Assembly (NCBI GenBank): GCA_964537115.1
Contig: CAZHYW010000003.1
Span: 26,087-90,086, forward strand
DNA length: 64,000 nucleotides
From: an uncultured Candidatus Saccharibacteria bacterium
Lineage (GTDB): Bacteria > Patescibacteriota > Saccharimonadia > Saccharimonadales > UBA4665
Direction: 5' to 3'
Under the pieces are notes generated by a model that ran no database searches, was not told where the DNA came from, and saw nothing but the letters and a program-made list of their open reading frames with translations. This document shows positions 25,121-33,428 of the stretch, piece by piece; within the stretch, counting starts at the first letter, position 1, and every line of letters begins with the position of its first letter. Both the position numbers and the translations under genes were made by a program.

Positions 25121-25458
25121 GTGGGTAAGTAGCGGGCGTCGGTGGTGGATGAGGTGGGTGGGGTTCGAGGTGGGACGCGCGGTGGACGCGGCTGCATGTT
25201 GCATATCGCTGCCGCGCCCACCAATCGTGCGTCCGGTTCTTGGCACTCGTCACCGAGCGACCAACTCCCCGGTAAACTGGTCGTCCCCCTCGCTGTAGGC
25301 GAGACGGTCGTTCCTCCGACTTCCAAAGAGGAAGCAGAGAGCACTGACGATAATGTACATGGGCCTCTCCCACTCGCCTAACGTGCGCCGAAACGCACGA
25401 GGTGTAACACGGAACGCTGGAGGCGTCCGCGGTGGTACGTGTGTAGCTACTTACCCGT
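25121..25458. ncRNA. Candidate structured RNA of unknown class (strand unresolved)
   Basis: About 335 nt, GC-rich, with only overlapping low-quality ORFs. An 11-bp perfect long-range helix pairs GGGTAAGTAGC (25123-25133) with GCTACTTACCC (25446-25456). There are several nested internal helices. Confidence 0.4.
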
Positions 25459-25562
25459 GCTTAAGACCAAGGCCTTAAACATATGTATTGTCCCACAAAA
25501 CCCTTAGATATGCAAACAATAAACGCTACCGCTTTGCCTGCGCGTCTCGTGTGCCCAAACGC

Positions 25563-25733
25563 TTACTCAGCTCGCTTCTCTTTGTGTTTCGTGCTTTCAA
25601 ACCCGTGGTGACGCTCGAAATGGTTGTGGTTGACCACGGCGGCTAGTTTGCGCGCCTCGTATTTGTGCGCCAGGCTGTGCGCCTTGCTCTCCCCTTTACG
25701 GTTCAAGTGTCGATTTTTCTCTGCCATTGACAT
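25563..25733 (-). CDS. Candidate 56-aa basic His/Lys-rich protein
   Basis: AAGGAGGG lies 11 nt before the ATG. Sequence: MSMAEKNRHLNRKGESKAHSLAHKYEARKLAAVVNHNHFERHHGFESTKHKEKRAE. Below the track cutoff. Confidence 0.45.
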   Translation of the reverse strand: MSMAEKNRHLNRKGESKAHSLAHKYEARKLAAVVNHNHFERHHGFESTKHKEKRAE

Positions 25734-25763
25734 AGTTGTGTGAACCCTCCTTATGCTTTTATT

Positions 25764-26126
25764 TTACTCCAGGGCCGCAACCATGTGGCGTGGTAACTCG
25801 GCGGTTATGTCGTCTACTTCCCGGCTGTCAAAAATGTCGCACAGGGCTTGCCAGGCTGCGCGTATGCGGGCTCGGGCGCTGGTTTCATCGACATCTTCTA
25901 GATCCATGAGCTGCTCTATGATGTCCTCGTCTATATGGTTCGCGGTGGGGACCATTTGAGCGGCGCTCTGCAGCTCATCTGGCAGGGCGGCAGCAAACTC
26001 CCGCCGAGTGTGGTCGGTAAGGTGTGCTGCTACGTTTTCCACTACCAGCTCCAGAGCGTCCTGCGACGCATCGTCATCGGCATTGGCGGCCGTCTTTATA
26101 CGGCGGATAAGTTCATGATAGTTCAT
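25764..26126 (-). CDS. DUF2267-domain protein
   Basis: 120-aa acidic helical protein with a DUF2267-like pattern (…AALPDEL…). Confidence 0.7.
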   Translation of the reverse strand: MNYHELIRRIKTAANADDDASQDALELVVENVAAHLTDHTRREFAAALPDELQSAAQMVPTANHIDEDIIEQLMDLEDVDETSARARIRAAWQALCDIFDSREVDDITAELPRHMVAALE

Positions 26127-26189
26127 GGCAAGGTCCTCCTTACAGCTACCACTATGCCGAACAAGCCTTAAGATTTGCTATAAGCTTTT

Positions 26190-26759
26190 TTACATAAATA
26201 GGCGCTGGTTGGGCCAAATAAGCCGTTCCACCTGTGTATAAAACGTTTGAGAACCTAGGCGCGCTAAGTTGTCGTGGTAAAAGCGGTAAATGACTTCGGC
26301 GTCATCGTACGCTCGGTGGCGGCGGTCTACCCGGTAGCCAGCTCGACGAATGACGTCATCCAGTTTGTGGCCATGCTCGTGTGGGTATAAGGCTCGGCTG
26401 AGCCGTACGGTGCATAGTTTGTCCATGGCAAATGTATGGCCTGCCCGACGGTATTCTGCCGCAAAGAAACTGTAGTCGAAGCCTACGTTATGGGCCACAA
26501 AAATCGCATCTTTAAACATCTCGCCTAAGCGTGGCAGCAGTTCCACAAAGACCGGCTGACTGGTAGTCTCTGGCTGCTGTATGCCGGTTAGGTTGGTAAT
26601 CCACCCCGGCACTGGCTCTTCGGGGTCTAGCACTTGATCCAGGCTAGCTACAATTTGGCCATCTTCTACTCGAAGCGCCCCAATTTCGAGTATACGGCTG
26701 TTCCAAGCCATACCCCCGGTGGTCTCTACATCGACAAATACTAGCGGCCTCCCCTGCAT
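26190..26759 (-). CDS. DnaQ/epsilon-like 3'-5' exonuclease
   Basis: Exo motifs FVDVETTG, HNVGFDYSF and HRAYDDAE. Confidence 0.85.
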   Translation of the reverse strand: MQGRPLVFVDVETTGGMAWNSRILEIGALRVEDGQIVASLDQVLDPEEPVPGWITNLTGIQQPETTSQPVFVELLPRLGEMFKDAIFVAHNVGFDYSFFAAEYRRAGHTFAMDKLCTVRLSRALYPHEHGHKLDDVIRRAGYRVDRRHRAYDDAEVIYRFYHDNLARLGSQTFYTQVERLIWPNQRLFM

Positions 26760-26886
26760 ATGCCTGGTAGTATACGCTGCGGGGGCCTATGCCGTCATGC
26801 TCGCCAAGCATCCTGGCTGCAGCTCCGACCCTAAAGCTATGGACAATCTAAGACGGGAAATCGGCCTCATCTGAACTAGGCTACTC

Positions 26887-27762
26887 CTAAGGAGCGGTCA
26901 GGTCGTTGAAGGCAGCTGTGGCAACAGCGTGTATGAGTGCTACCTGCTGGTCGTACAAGCCAGCGGTACCGGCTGGATTGTTGGTGTACACCACAAGCAC
27001 AAAGTTCCGCCCTCGGTACTCCACAATCGAAGCGTCGTGCAGCACACCGTCAATTTGGCCATATTTGTGGTACACCACAGTCTCGGCTGGCAGTACCGCC
27101 TGAACCAGGTTGGTGACTGTTGTGTGCGACATATAACCGTAAATCATGGCCTGATGTTCGGCGTTCATAAGTTTACCGTCATACAGCAGTTGCAACATTT
27201 TGGCCATGGCTGGCGTAGAAAATTGAATGTTATTTGGCACCATGCGGCCGTCTACACCAATGCTGTCTAGATACGCTTGCTCGCCACTCGGGTAGTGCAA
27301 GTAGGTGTTCAGCTTGGCCCAAGCGTCGTTATCGCTGTAGACAATCATACGCATAATTATGTCCTGCGCGTTTTGGCCCTGGATGCTTTGGCTAAGGCTA
27401 GCCTTGCCCTGCTCTACCTGGTGTATATAGTCAAACACCGCCACTAGTTTGCTCGTGCTGGCCGCTTCGTAAGTGCTTGTGTAGTTACCAGCGTCGTACT
27501 CTTTGCCGGTGGCCAAGTTGATAACACTGGCCGAGGCAGACAGCCCGGATTGGCTGGTCATGGCAGCAGTCATGTCAGACGCTAAGCTAGCCAAGGGGTC
27601 GGGAGCAGGTACTGTTGGCTCAGAGATCACCGGCTGCTTGGGTGGGGCCTGAGCTGTGGCGGTCGCAGCAGCGTGCCGCGTTGGTGTATTGCCCAGCCTG
27701 TACCCGGCCACTACCACAACCACCAAGATCAAAAACAAAGCAACACTCGGCAGCACCTTCAT
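26887..27762 (-). CDS. Class A beta-lactamase-like serine hydrolase / PBP-like, membrane-anchored
   Basis: STSK (SxxK), SDN and K(Y)G motifs. I preferred the ATG at 27762 (MKVLPSVALF...), although the ORF is open to 27858. Confidence 0.75.
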   Translation of the reverse strand: MKVLPSVALFLILVVVVVAGYRLGNTPTRHAAATATAQAPPKQPVISEPTVPAPDPLASLASDMTAAMTSQSGLSASASVINLATGKEYDAGNYTSTYEAASTSKLVAVFDYIHQVEQGKASLSQSIQGQNAQDIIMRMIVYSDNDAWAKLNTYLHYPSGEQAYLDSIGVDGRMVPNNIQFSTPAMAKMLQLLYDGKLMNAEHQAMIYGYMSHTTVTNLVQAVLPAETVVYHKYGQIDGVLHDASIVEYRGRNFVLVVYTNNPAGTAGLYDQQVALIHAVATAAFNDLTAP

Positions 27763-27911
27763 TTCGAAGGTGTAGCTCGCCGGCTTCTCAGCTTTATTTT
27801 CAACACTCACTACTGACTGCCGGTGTCCTGTACCAGGATGGTGTTGCCTCCTCAGCATATCTGTCTTGTAGTATAGCGCTTACGCTCAGGTATGGAAAGT
27901 TGCTTAACCCC

Positions 27912-28085
27912 TTACTGCTTCGGCACTTTGACACCAGCTTTACGCGCTTTACTTAGTCCGATTGCGACTGCCTGCCTGGGATTGGTAACTTTTTGGCCAC
28001 TTTGGCCACTTTTTAGCTTGCTTTCTTTCAATTTGTGCATCACCTTCTCTACCTTCTTTTGCGCCTGCGGGCCATACTTTGCCAT
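27912..28085 (-). CDS. DUF6496-like small basic protein (57 aa)
   Basis: MAKYGPQAQKKVEKVMHKLKESKLKSG...AVAIGLSKARKAGVKVP matches that family's pattern. AGGAGG lies upstream. Below the track cutoff. Confidence 0.65.
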   Translation of the reverse strand: MAKYGPQAQKKVEKVMHKLKESKLKSGQSGQKVTNPRQAVAIGLSKARKAGVKVPKQ

Positions 28086-28222
28086 ACCATACCTCCTATC
28101 TATCCATCGTCCAGATTACTGCAAGGCCGACGTGGCGGCTGTAAGCTCGGTCACGAAGGGGGTTAATTTAAAAGTGGCTATTTCTATTGATGATATATCG
28201 CGCAACGTAATACTATATATAC

Positions 28223-28570
28223 ATGAGCAGACCAGCCTCAGGCCTTCTACCGCAAGTAACATTTAGCATTTTGTTCGCTTTAAGTCTTAAGCCACGTCAC
28301 GGCTACGAACTCATGCAACAGATTGAACACGACAGCGTTGGCAAATTAAAACTCGGCCCTGGTGCTTTGTACGGCGCTATTAAACGTTTGGTGGATGATA
28401 ACCTGATAGAAGAAATACCGTTTGAAGACGAACGTGAACGTCGTCGCTACTACCGTTTAACTCGCAAGGGCTGGAATCGCCTAGGTGCCGACTTAGAATA
28501 TTACGAAAATACTGTGCGCTTGGCCAAAGAACGTCGGGCTTTTGGCGACACCAGCGGGATGACCATATGA
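28223..28570 (+). CDS. PadR-family transcriptional regulator
   Basis: ILFALSLKPRHGYELMQQIE...GPGALYGAIKRLVDDNLI...RRYYRLT. Confidence 0.88.
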   Translation: MSRPASGLLPQVTFSILFALSLKPRHGYELMQQIEHDSVGKLKLGPGALYGAIKRLVDDNLIEEIPFEDERERRRYYRLTRKGWNRLGADLEYYENTVRLAKERRAFGDTSGMTI

Positions 28571-29193
28571 GCCTAAACAATCGTTTCCCTCGTTATAGTC
28601 GACTCACCCGGCTCTATCCCAGTGCCTATCGCCGTCAATATGGCGAACAAATGCTACAAATGCTAGCTGACATGCTAGACGATCCCGAGCAAGCCAAGCC
28701 GGCCGTATGGGCCCGCATAGTCGTTGATTTTCCCTTAAGCCTGGCTAGACAACAACTAATGTACGCCGGAGGCACTATGAAGACCATGCCAACTTACATA
28801 AAGCATAATGCGCTTATTGGCGCCAGCTTTATTGCCCCTTTTTTTGTACTAGTAAGTTTGAATGCCCTACTCCATGAGCGACTTTATAACTCCGTAGCGT
28901 GGCACCCCAGCCTGTTATTTATATGGCTCATTGCACTACCCACTACAGCCATAGCACTAAACCTACTCTCGCTCCTGCACTACATACGACAAGGTGGCGC
29001 GTCAGGACGGAGCAGCGCATGGCGCGTACTGGTTGACCTTCGTCATAACTGGCCCGTGCTGGCCGTGGTCCTAGTGGGTCTGGGCATTTTAGGACTAGTG
29101 CTTGGGCACGACAGCGTACACTGCGTAGCAGGCAACCCACTTCGGGAACTAGCCAACTGGCACCAAACGTGGGCGTGCGTACAGAACAGCTAG
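28567..29193 (+). CDS. Membrane protein co-transcribed with PadR
   Basis: ATGA overlap with padR and several TM segments. Confidence 0.6.
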   Translation: MSLNNRFPRYSRLTRLYPSAYRRQYGEQMLQMLADMLDDPEQAKPAVWARIVVDFPLSLARQQLMYAGGTMKTMPTYIKHNALIGASFIAPFFVLVSLNALLHERLYNSVAWHPSLLFIWLIALPTTAIALNLLSLLHYIRQGGASGRSSAWRVLVDLRHNWPVLAVVLVGLGILGLVLGHDSVHCVAGNPLRELANWHQTWACVQNS

Positions 29194-29241
29194 GCTTGAC
29201 GCCATTTGGTGCATTATAGGCGCTCTGGACATACGAGGGCC

Positions 29242-29421
29242 TTACTTAAAGTCTTTGATGCGAGCGACTCCCACACCCATAATCATAGCTCCAAATATCA
29301 CCACCAAGTCTGACCGGTCGTTATAAGCGAGCAGCACAATTACTAGACCCAGGAGCACCATAAGCTTGTGGCTATGCTTTAGGTATGCCGGACTATTCTT
29401 ATCGATTTTTGCTTTGGCCAT
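29242..29421 (-). CDS. Candidate 59-aa two-TM membrane protein
   Basis: ORF MAKAKIDKNSPAYLKHSHKLMVLLGLVIVLL... with a weak SD GAGGA. Below the track cutoff. Confidence 0.35.
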   Translation of the reverse strand: MAKAKIDKNSPAYLKHSHKLMVLLGLVIVLLAYNDRSDLVVIFGAMIMGVGVARIKDFK

Positions 29422-29629
29422 AGTGTCCTCAGTTATTTACTCTGTATACATCGTACAGCTAGTGCTTTCATGCAGCAATAAAAGGCCTGTCTTGGCCTAA
29501 TAAGCACCCAAACCATGTGTTCGGGTGCTTATTTTGGAGCAGCACCTCTAAAAAAGCTCTCTGCACATTATTGAAGAAATACATGGATGGAAAAGTTTAT
29601 TATGGAGGATTATATCGAGTAAGGATGTC

Positions 29630-30016
29630 TTGGTTGAGCGGTTAGGTCCTAGAATATACAATAGTGACATGCTGTTACACCTTATTGATTTCCTCGTAGA
29701 CTACTTCAGGAATTTAAACGTAAGGAAGATTACCGGAGGAATACTCGCACTCATTGGGCTGGCCATACTAGGGAAGATGACTACCTCTGGGGACACAAAT
29801 AGGGCTGTGTTGTACGCAATAGGCGGAATCTTAGTTAGTGGAGTTGGCTTTATCGTGGTTTATTACGATATAGCAAAAGACAAGACGCGTAGTAGGTACA
29901 GCGAGCTTGACACCCTCACAAAAGCACATACACAGAACGAACATGAAGACGGAAAAGCTTCCACCTGGCATATGAATCAGGGCCCAGACAATAAGAATAC
30001 TCCCAACAAGGATTAG
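29630..30016 (+). CDS. Hypothetical membrane protein in an AT-rich patch
   Basis: 128-aa ORF (TTG start; ATG alternative at 29669) with two hydrophobic segments. Local GC is lower than in the flanks. Confidence 0.4.
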   Translation: MVERLGPRIYNSDMLLHLIDFLVDYFRNLNVRKITGGILALIGLAILGKMTTSGDTNRAVLYAIGGILVSGVGFIVVYYDIAKDKTRSRYSELDTLTKAHTQNEHEDGKASTWHMNQGPDNKNTPNKD

Positions 30017-30022
30017 CAAAAC

Positions 30023-30051
30023 AAAAAAGCACTATCCGGAATGGATAATGC
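30023..30051 (-). terminator. tmRNA terminator
   Basis: Minus strand GCATTATCC-ATTCC-GGATAGTGC followed by TTTTTTGTTTTG. Confidence 0.7.
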
Positions 30052-30056
30052 TCATT

Positions 30057-30430
30057 TGGTGGAGCTGCCGGGTACTGCCCCCGGGTCCGTCGGCGTTTTC
30101 GCTAGTCGTCTACAGGCTTAGTCTGTTTTAAAAGTCTTAGCGCATGGGTATCGAAACATACAAACAGTCCATGCGAGCAATCCTGGTCTTAGCGGTCGGA
30201 TTGAATAGGTCCGTCCGAGCAATCAGAAATATAGAACGCTTATTCGCTATCTGATGTCGCAAAGGCGTTTCCGTGGCAACTAGGCTACGGAGAATGCGAG
30301 CTGAGGTGCCTTAAAGACACTAGCTACGCGGTTCCAAACTTTTGCAGTTATTGGATTTTGCCTATATCGCTGACAAGCGACCTGCTGATCTAGCGGTAAC
30401 GTACCAACGTCGAGCTTAAAATTCAGCCCC
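30057..30430 (-). ncRNA. ssrA: tmRNA (SsrA), 374 nt
   Basis: 5' GGGGCUGAAUUUUAAGCUCGACG... and 3' ...GGACCCGGGGGCAGUACCCGGCAGCUCCACCA. The acceptor carries G3:U70. Candidate tag frame: AKVWNRVASVFKAPQLAFSVA* (30345-30280). Confidence 0.85.
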
Positions 30431-30514
30431 TTGTCGTCGGTAATGGGACAAACCTACGGTTTTTCCCATCGCGCGGGGCGGCGAAATGAATTCGCCGTCT
30501 CCGGCTGCTCTTTT
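30431..30514 (-). repeat. Modular intergenic repeat, short form (copy 2), forming the tmRNA 5' leader
   Basis: 30467-30512 is identical to 593-638. Hairpin ATGGGA..AAACC-GTA-GGTTT..TCCCAT lies at 30443-30469. Confidence 0.85.
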
Positions 30515-30604
30515 CCCTTCGCCCGCGGCAAACCGCAAACCATTTGAAAATTAGAGCTACCTGGTACAGATGTGCATAAGGGTACAATACCCCTACAATC
30601 GCCT

Positions 30605-30634
30605 ATTATAGCATAACTACAAGCACTTTGTCTA
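30605..30634 (-). promoter_or_regulatory. Candidate ssrA promoter overlapping the ksgA stop codon
   Basis: TAGACA-18 nt-(TGC)TATAAT on the minus strand, with an extended -10. It implies a leader of about 165 nt. Confidence 0.5.
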
Positions 30635-31432
30635 GCTCTTGCCGGCAGCCCGATACAAAGCGTACCAGTCATCAAGTGAGAGGGCTTGGGCGCGGGTGGA
30701 TTCGGGTATGTTGGCGGTGGTGAGCAAAGTGCGGGCTTCATCCTTGGGGATGGCCAGGCCACCGCTGAGCGAATTGACGAGCGTTTTGCGTTTTTGGCTA
30801 AAGCCGGCCTTTACCAGGCGGAAGAACTGTTTGGTGTCGACACCCTCGAACAGCGGCTTGGCGCGGTACGTAAGAACCAGCACCTGGCTGTCGACTTTGG
30901 GCGGTGGTGTAAACAATTTGGCCGGTACCTCTAGGCCCAGTGACACCTCGCAGTAATACTGCGCGCTCACACTCAAAATGGACATGTCACCGGGGCGGGC
31001 CGCCACCCGCTGTGCCACTTCTTTCTGGATGAGGATGGCGGCTTGGCTAAACGGGTTGGAGCTTTCACAGAGTACGCGGATGAGGTTGCTCGTGAGGTAA
31101 TACGGGATGTTCGCCACCACTTTGTAACCGGTTGGCAATGCGGTAAGGTCGAACTGCAAGATGTCTTGCTGCACCACTGTTAGGTTGCCGCCTAAAGGAC
31201 TGTCCTTTAGGCTCAAGTTTGATAAGTCTTCGGCAAGACGTACATCGAACTCTACGGCCGTTACATGAGCACCGCGAGCTAGCAGTTGGCGTGTGAGTGT
31301 GCCTAGGCCTGGACCAATTTCGAGTACGTTGTCGCTAGCGCCAACTGCGACGCTGTCGCAAATAGCCTGCAGCGTCTTTTCATCGTGCAGCCAATGCTGC
31401 CCTAAGGCCTTCTTCGGAACAATATCACTCAT
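30632..31432 (-). CDS. rsmA: 16S rRNA (adenine1518/1519-N6)-dimethyltransferase
   Basis: KKALGQHWL..., SAM motif LEIGPGLGTLT and NIPYY. Confidence 0.93.
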   Translation of the reverse strand: MSDIVPKKALGQHWLHDEKTLQAICDSVAVGASDNVLEIGPGLGTLTRQLLARGAHVTAVEFDVRLAEDLSNLSLKDSPLGGNLTVVQQDILQFDLTALPTGYKVVANIPYYLTSNLIRVLCESSNPFSQAAILIQKEVAQRVAARPGDMSILSVSAQYYCEVSLGLEVPAKLFTPPPKVDSQVLVLTYRAKPLFEGVDTKQFFRLVKAGFSQKRKTLVNSLSGGLAIPKDEARTLLTTANIPESTRAQALSLDDWYALYRAAGKS

Positions 31433-31478
31433 TCCCCTGATACTACCAAGTCCGGCGCTACTTTACTACTGGCCTGGA

Positions 31479-31611
31479 AAGAGCAGCCCGAGTCGGCGGA
31501 TTCATTCCGTTGGCCCCGCGCGTTAGCTCGAGCGAAGCGAGAGATATATGCAGAGCCGGAGTATTTGTCCGCGCGAAGCTATATGAGAGAACCTAGGTTC
31601 TCTCATTACCC
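31479..31611 (+). repeat. Modular intergenic repeat, long form (copy B), antisense to the flanking genes
   Basis: AAGAGCAGCCCGA-[CGGCGGA-TTCAT-TCCGTTG, paired via G-U]-GCCCCGCGCG..., then a module matching 24907-24973. It includes the perfect hairpin ATGAGAGAACC-TA-GGTTCTCTCAT (31583-31606). Confidence 0.85.
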
Positions 31612-32895
31612 CTACCAGTTATGGTGTACCGTCCAGTAATTGTAGGCGCCCGCCCAGCTACCGTAGCGTGCATTTGCATAGCCCGTAGCCCAACGAATTT
31701 GTGTTACGGCGCTGGTCGCCCAGTCGCTACCTGCCGATGCCATTTTACTGCCTGGCGTTGCTTGGAAGATGCCGTAGCCACCGTGTGCCGGGACATCGCT
31801 CGGGCTCATATACCCTGGGCAGGCATGAGTCCCCTGGATCTTAGTGGGGCACCAGCCGCCTTCGTGGCTGGCAATGTAGTCAACGTACTTGTAATCACTC
31901 TCGGCGATACCGGCCTGACGCATTACCGCCTGTTTGTCGGCTGGTATGCTCACCGCCTGACCCCGTGCGACCACTTCCGCCACCGGCTGCACCGTAACCA
32001 CTGTTTGCAGCAAGGTACGGCTTGTCTCGACACCGTTTACCGTGTTCACTTGGTACGTCAGTACCTGTGCGCCGGCACTACCCTGCTGGCGGACGGCCGT
32101 GGTACCAAAGGTAAGCGACGTATCGAGCACGGCCTGGATGGGCGCGGGGATGGTTTGTGTGACGGTTTCTATGCGCGTACCTTTGCGGCTCACGAATACT
32201 TGCAGGCCTGGGGTAATGGGCGTGCTCAGTGCCGGCGTAACAGTATCGGCCGCAGTCAGTTTAATACGCTCGCTGCCCAGCAGGTCTTTGACAGTTGTAG
32301 CGTGGGTACGCAGGGACAGCAGTGTGCCGTAATCGTTCAAATTTACCGGTACCGACCGTTCGATGTTTATGTGCTCACCGACCGACTGCTCGGAGGCTAG
32401 GTTCTCGGCTGGCGCGGCCGTTACAAAGTCTTCGGCATACAGCGCTATACCCGCGTCGGTTACCATACTGCGCGGCGTGGCAGCCGCACTGTAGGCGGTG
32501 GTTGTAGTGGTGCCATCACTAATAGTAACTGGCACTGCTCGGTAAACGTTTACACGAAAATTGTCCTGCACAATAGCTGTAGTTAGGCTGGGTTCTACGC
32601 GGTCACGTACGCCGATGTGAATGTTTAGCTTGTGGAGCAGCGCGCCAACTGTGGGCTCATTGGTAGGCACCGTTTGAACGGCATGGTCATGCGAAATAAT
32701 AACAATATAGCTGGTATCGGGCCGAAAAGTAGCCGTATGGTGGGTCGCAAACAGCAAGTAAAGCAAGCCACCGCTTACCGCTAGCAGGCCCAGAAATGCG
32801 GCAATCGGCAAACCGAGGGGGTGCCGACGTAGGCGATGAAACCGCCGAACGTGCGCTTTGGCAGAGGGCTGTATTTTGCTATGGATTTTTTGCAT
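31612..32895 (-). CDS. RpfB/YabE-like cell-wall protein (N-terminal TM, DUF348 repeats, G5 domain, C-terminal transglycosylase-like domain)
   Basis: The domain order was recognised by eye. The C-terminus reads SHEGGW...GGYGIFQ. The position upstream of ksgA mirrors rpfB-ksgA and yabE-ksgA synteny. Confidence 0.7.
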   Translation of the reverse strand: MQKIHSKIQPSAKAHVRRFHRLRRHPLGLPIAAFLGLLAVSGGLLYLLFATHHTATFRPDTSYIVIISHDHAVQTVPTNEPTVGALLHKLNIHIGVRDRVEPSLTTAIVQDNFRVNVYRAVPVTISDGTTTTTAYSAAATPRSMVTDAGIALYAEDFVTAAPAENLASEQSVGEHINIERSVPVNLNDYGTLLSLRTHATTVKDLLGSERIKLTAADTVTPALSTPITPGLQVFVSRKGTRIETVTQTIPAPIQAVLDTSLTFGTTAVRQQGSAGAQVLTYQVNTVNGVETSRTLLQTVVTVQPVAEVVARGQAVSIPADKQAVMRQAGIAESDYKYVDYIASHEGGWCPTKIQGTHACPGYMSPSDVPAHGGYGIFQATPGSKMASAGSDWATSAVTQIRWATGYANARYGSWAGAYNYWTVHHNW

Positions 32896-32969
32896 AGGCG
32901 GAAGCCCGGACGATACGCTGTGCAGTGGTTAAGCGCACCTATAGGACAATGGTGCGTATTATAGCAAAA

Positions 32970-33428
32970 TCACCGGGCAGCGGACAGCTCAAGGGCTCGT
33001 CTCACCTCCGGTTTGCAGGCTATGTGTTGGAGCTCGTTTACTGAGAACCAATGCGCCTCTAGGATCTCTATGCGTTGTTTGTGTGGCTCCATAGCCATCG
33101 GCAGCCAAGCGATAAAGAAATGACAGGAAAATGTTAGACCGCTGTTACTACAGATTTCGCTAGACAGTTGCTTACATTGTTCTGGCAGGAGTGGTACGCC
33201 TGTTTCTTCGCGCGTTTCGCGTACCGCGCCCACAACCGGCAGCTCTCGGCTATGCAAGCCGCCGCCGGGAAGGCCCCAGCGACCATTACCCATCCATGTT
33301 TGGACGAGCAATACGCGGTCTTCTGCCCGGACAAGCACGCGCGTACGATAACCAACGCGCATATACACCCACAAAACCGGCCAAGCCAGCCAGAATAAAG
33401 CACGACCAGTAAGCGCCCACGGATTCAT
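32970..33428 (-). CDS. NUDIX hydrolase with an N-terminal hydrophobic segment
   Basis: Nudix box GGGLHSRELPVVGAVRETREETGV. Confidence 0.8.
   Translation of the reverse strand: MNPWALTGRALFWLAWPVLWVYMRVGYRTRVLVRAEDRVLLVQTWMGNGRWGLPGGGLHSRELPVVGAVRETREETGVPLLPEQCKQLSSEICSNSGLTFSCHFFIAWLPMAMEPHKQRIEILEAHWFSVNELQHIACKPEVRRALELSAAR

Noticed and set aside
24769-25381. Six overlapping 65-95-aa ORFs on both strands around tRNA-Ala and the GC-rich block.
   Set aside because: They overlap a tRNA gene, a terminator and each other. Their Pro/Arg/Gly-rich translations are typical of GC-rich non-coding sequence.
25121-25458. RNase P RNA (rnpB), or SRP/6S RNA, as the identity of the GC-rich structured block.
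   Set aside because: The size and the end-closing helix fit RNase P. On neither strand could I find the near-universal P4/CR motifs (GAGGAAAGUCC, ACAGAA..GGCUUA) or the GGUAAGAGC and AGCAAGGC segments. GGAAGUCGG and CGGUAAAC are only partial look-alikes and occur in the wrong order. It is too long for 4.5S or 6S RNA and lacks the SRP GNAR-tetraloop/AGCA context. I left it as unknown class.
29455-29545. Possible small RNA ending at the hairpin AAGCACCC-13 nt-GGGTGCTT followed by ATTTTGG.
   Set aside because: The only evidence is a terminator-like hairpin. I could not define a promoter and cannot assess conservation, so the support is too thin for a feature call.
31621-32400. 259-aa plus-strand ORF. 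The same applies to 43487-44125 (212 aa), 59923-60579 (218 aa), 20515-21081 (188 aa) and 45513-46109 (198 aa).
   Set aside because: Each is antisense to a longer gene with recognisable domains (RpfB-like, pyk, PhzF-like, leuS, and the 637-aa protein). These are shadow ORFs.
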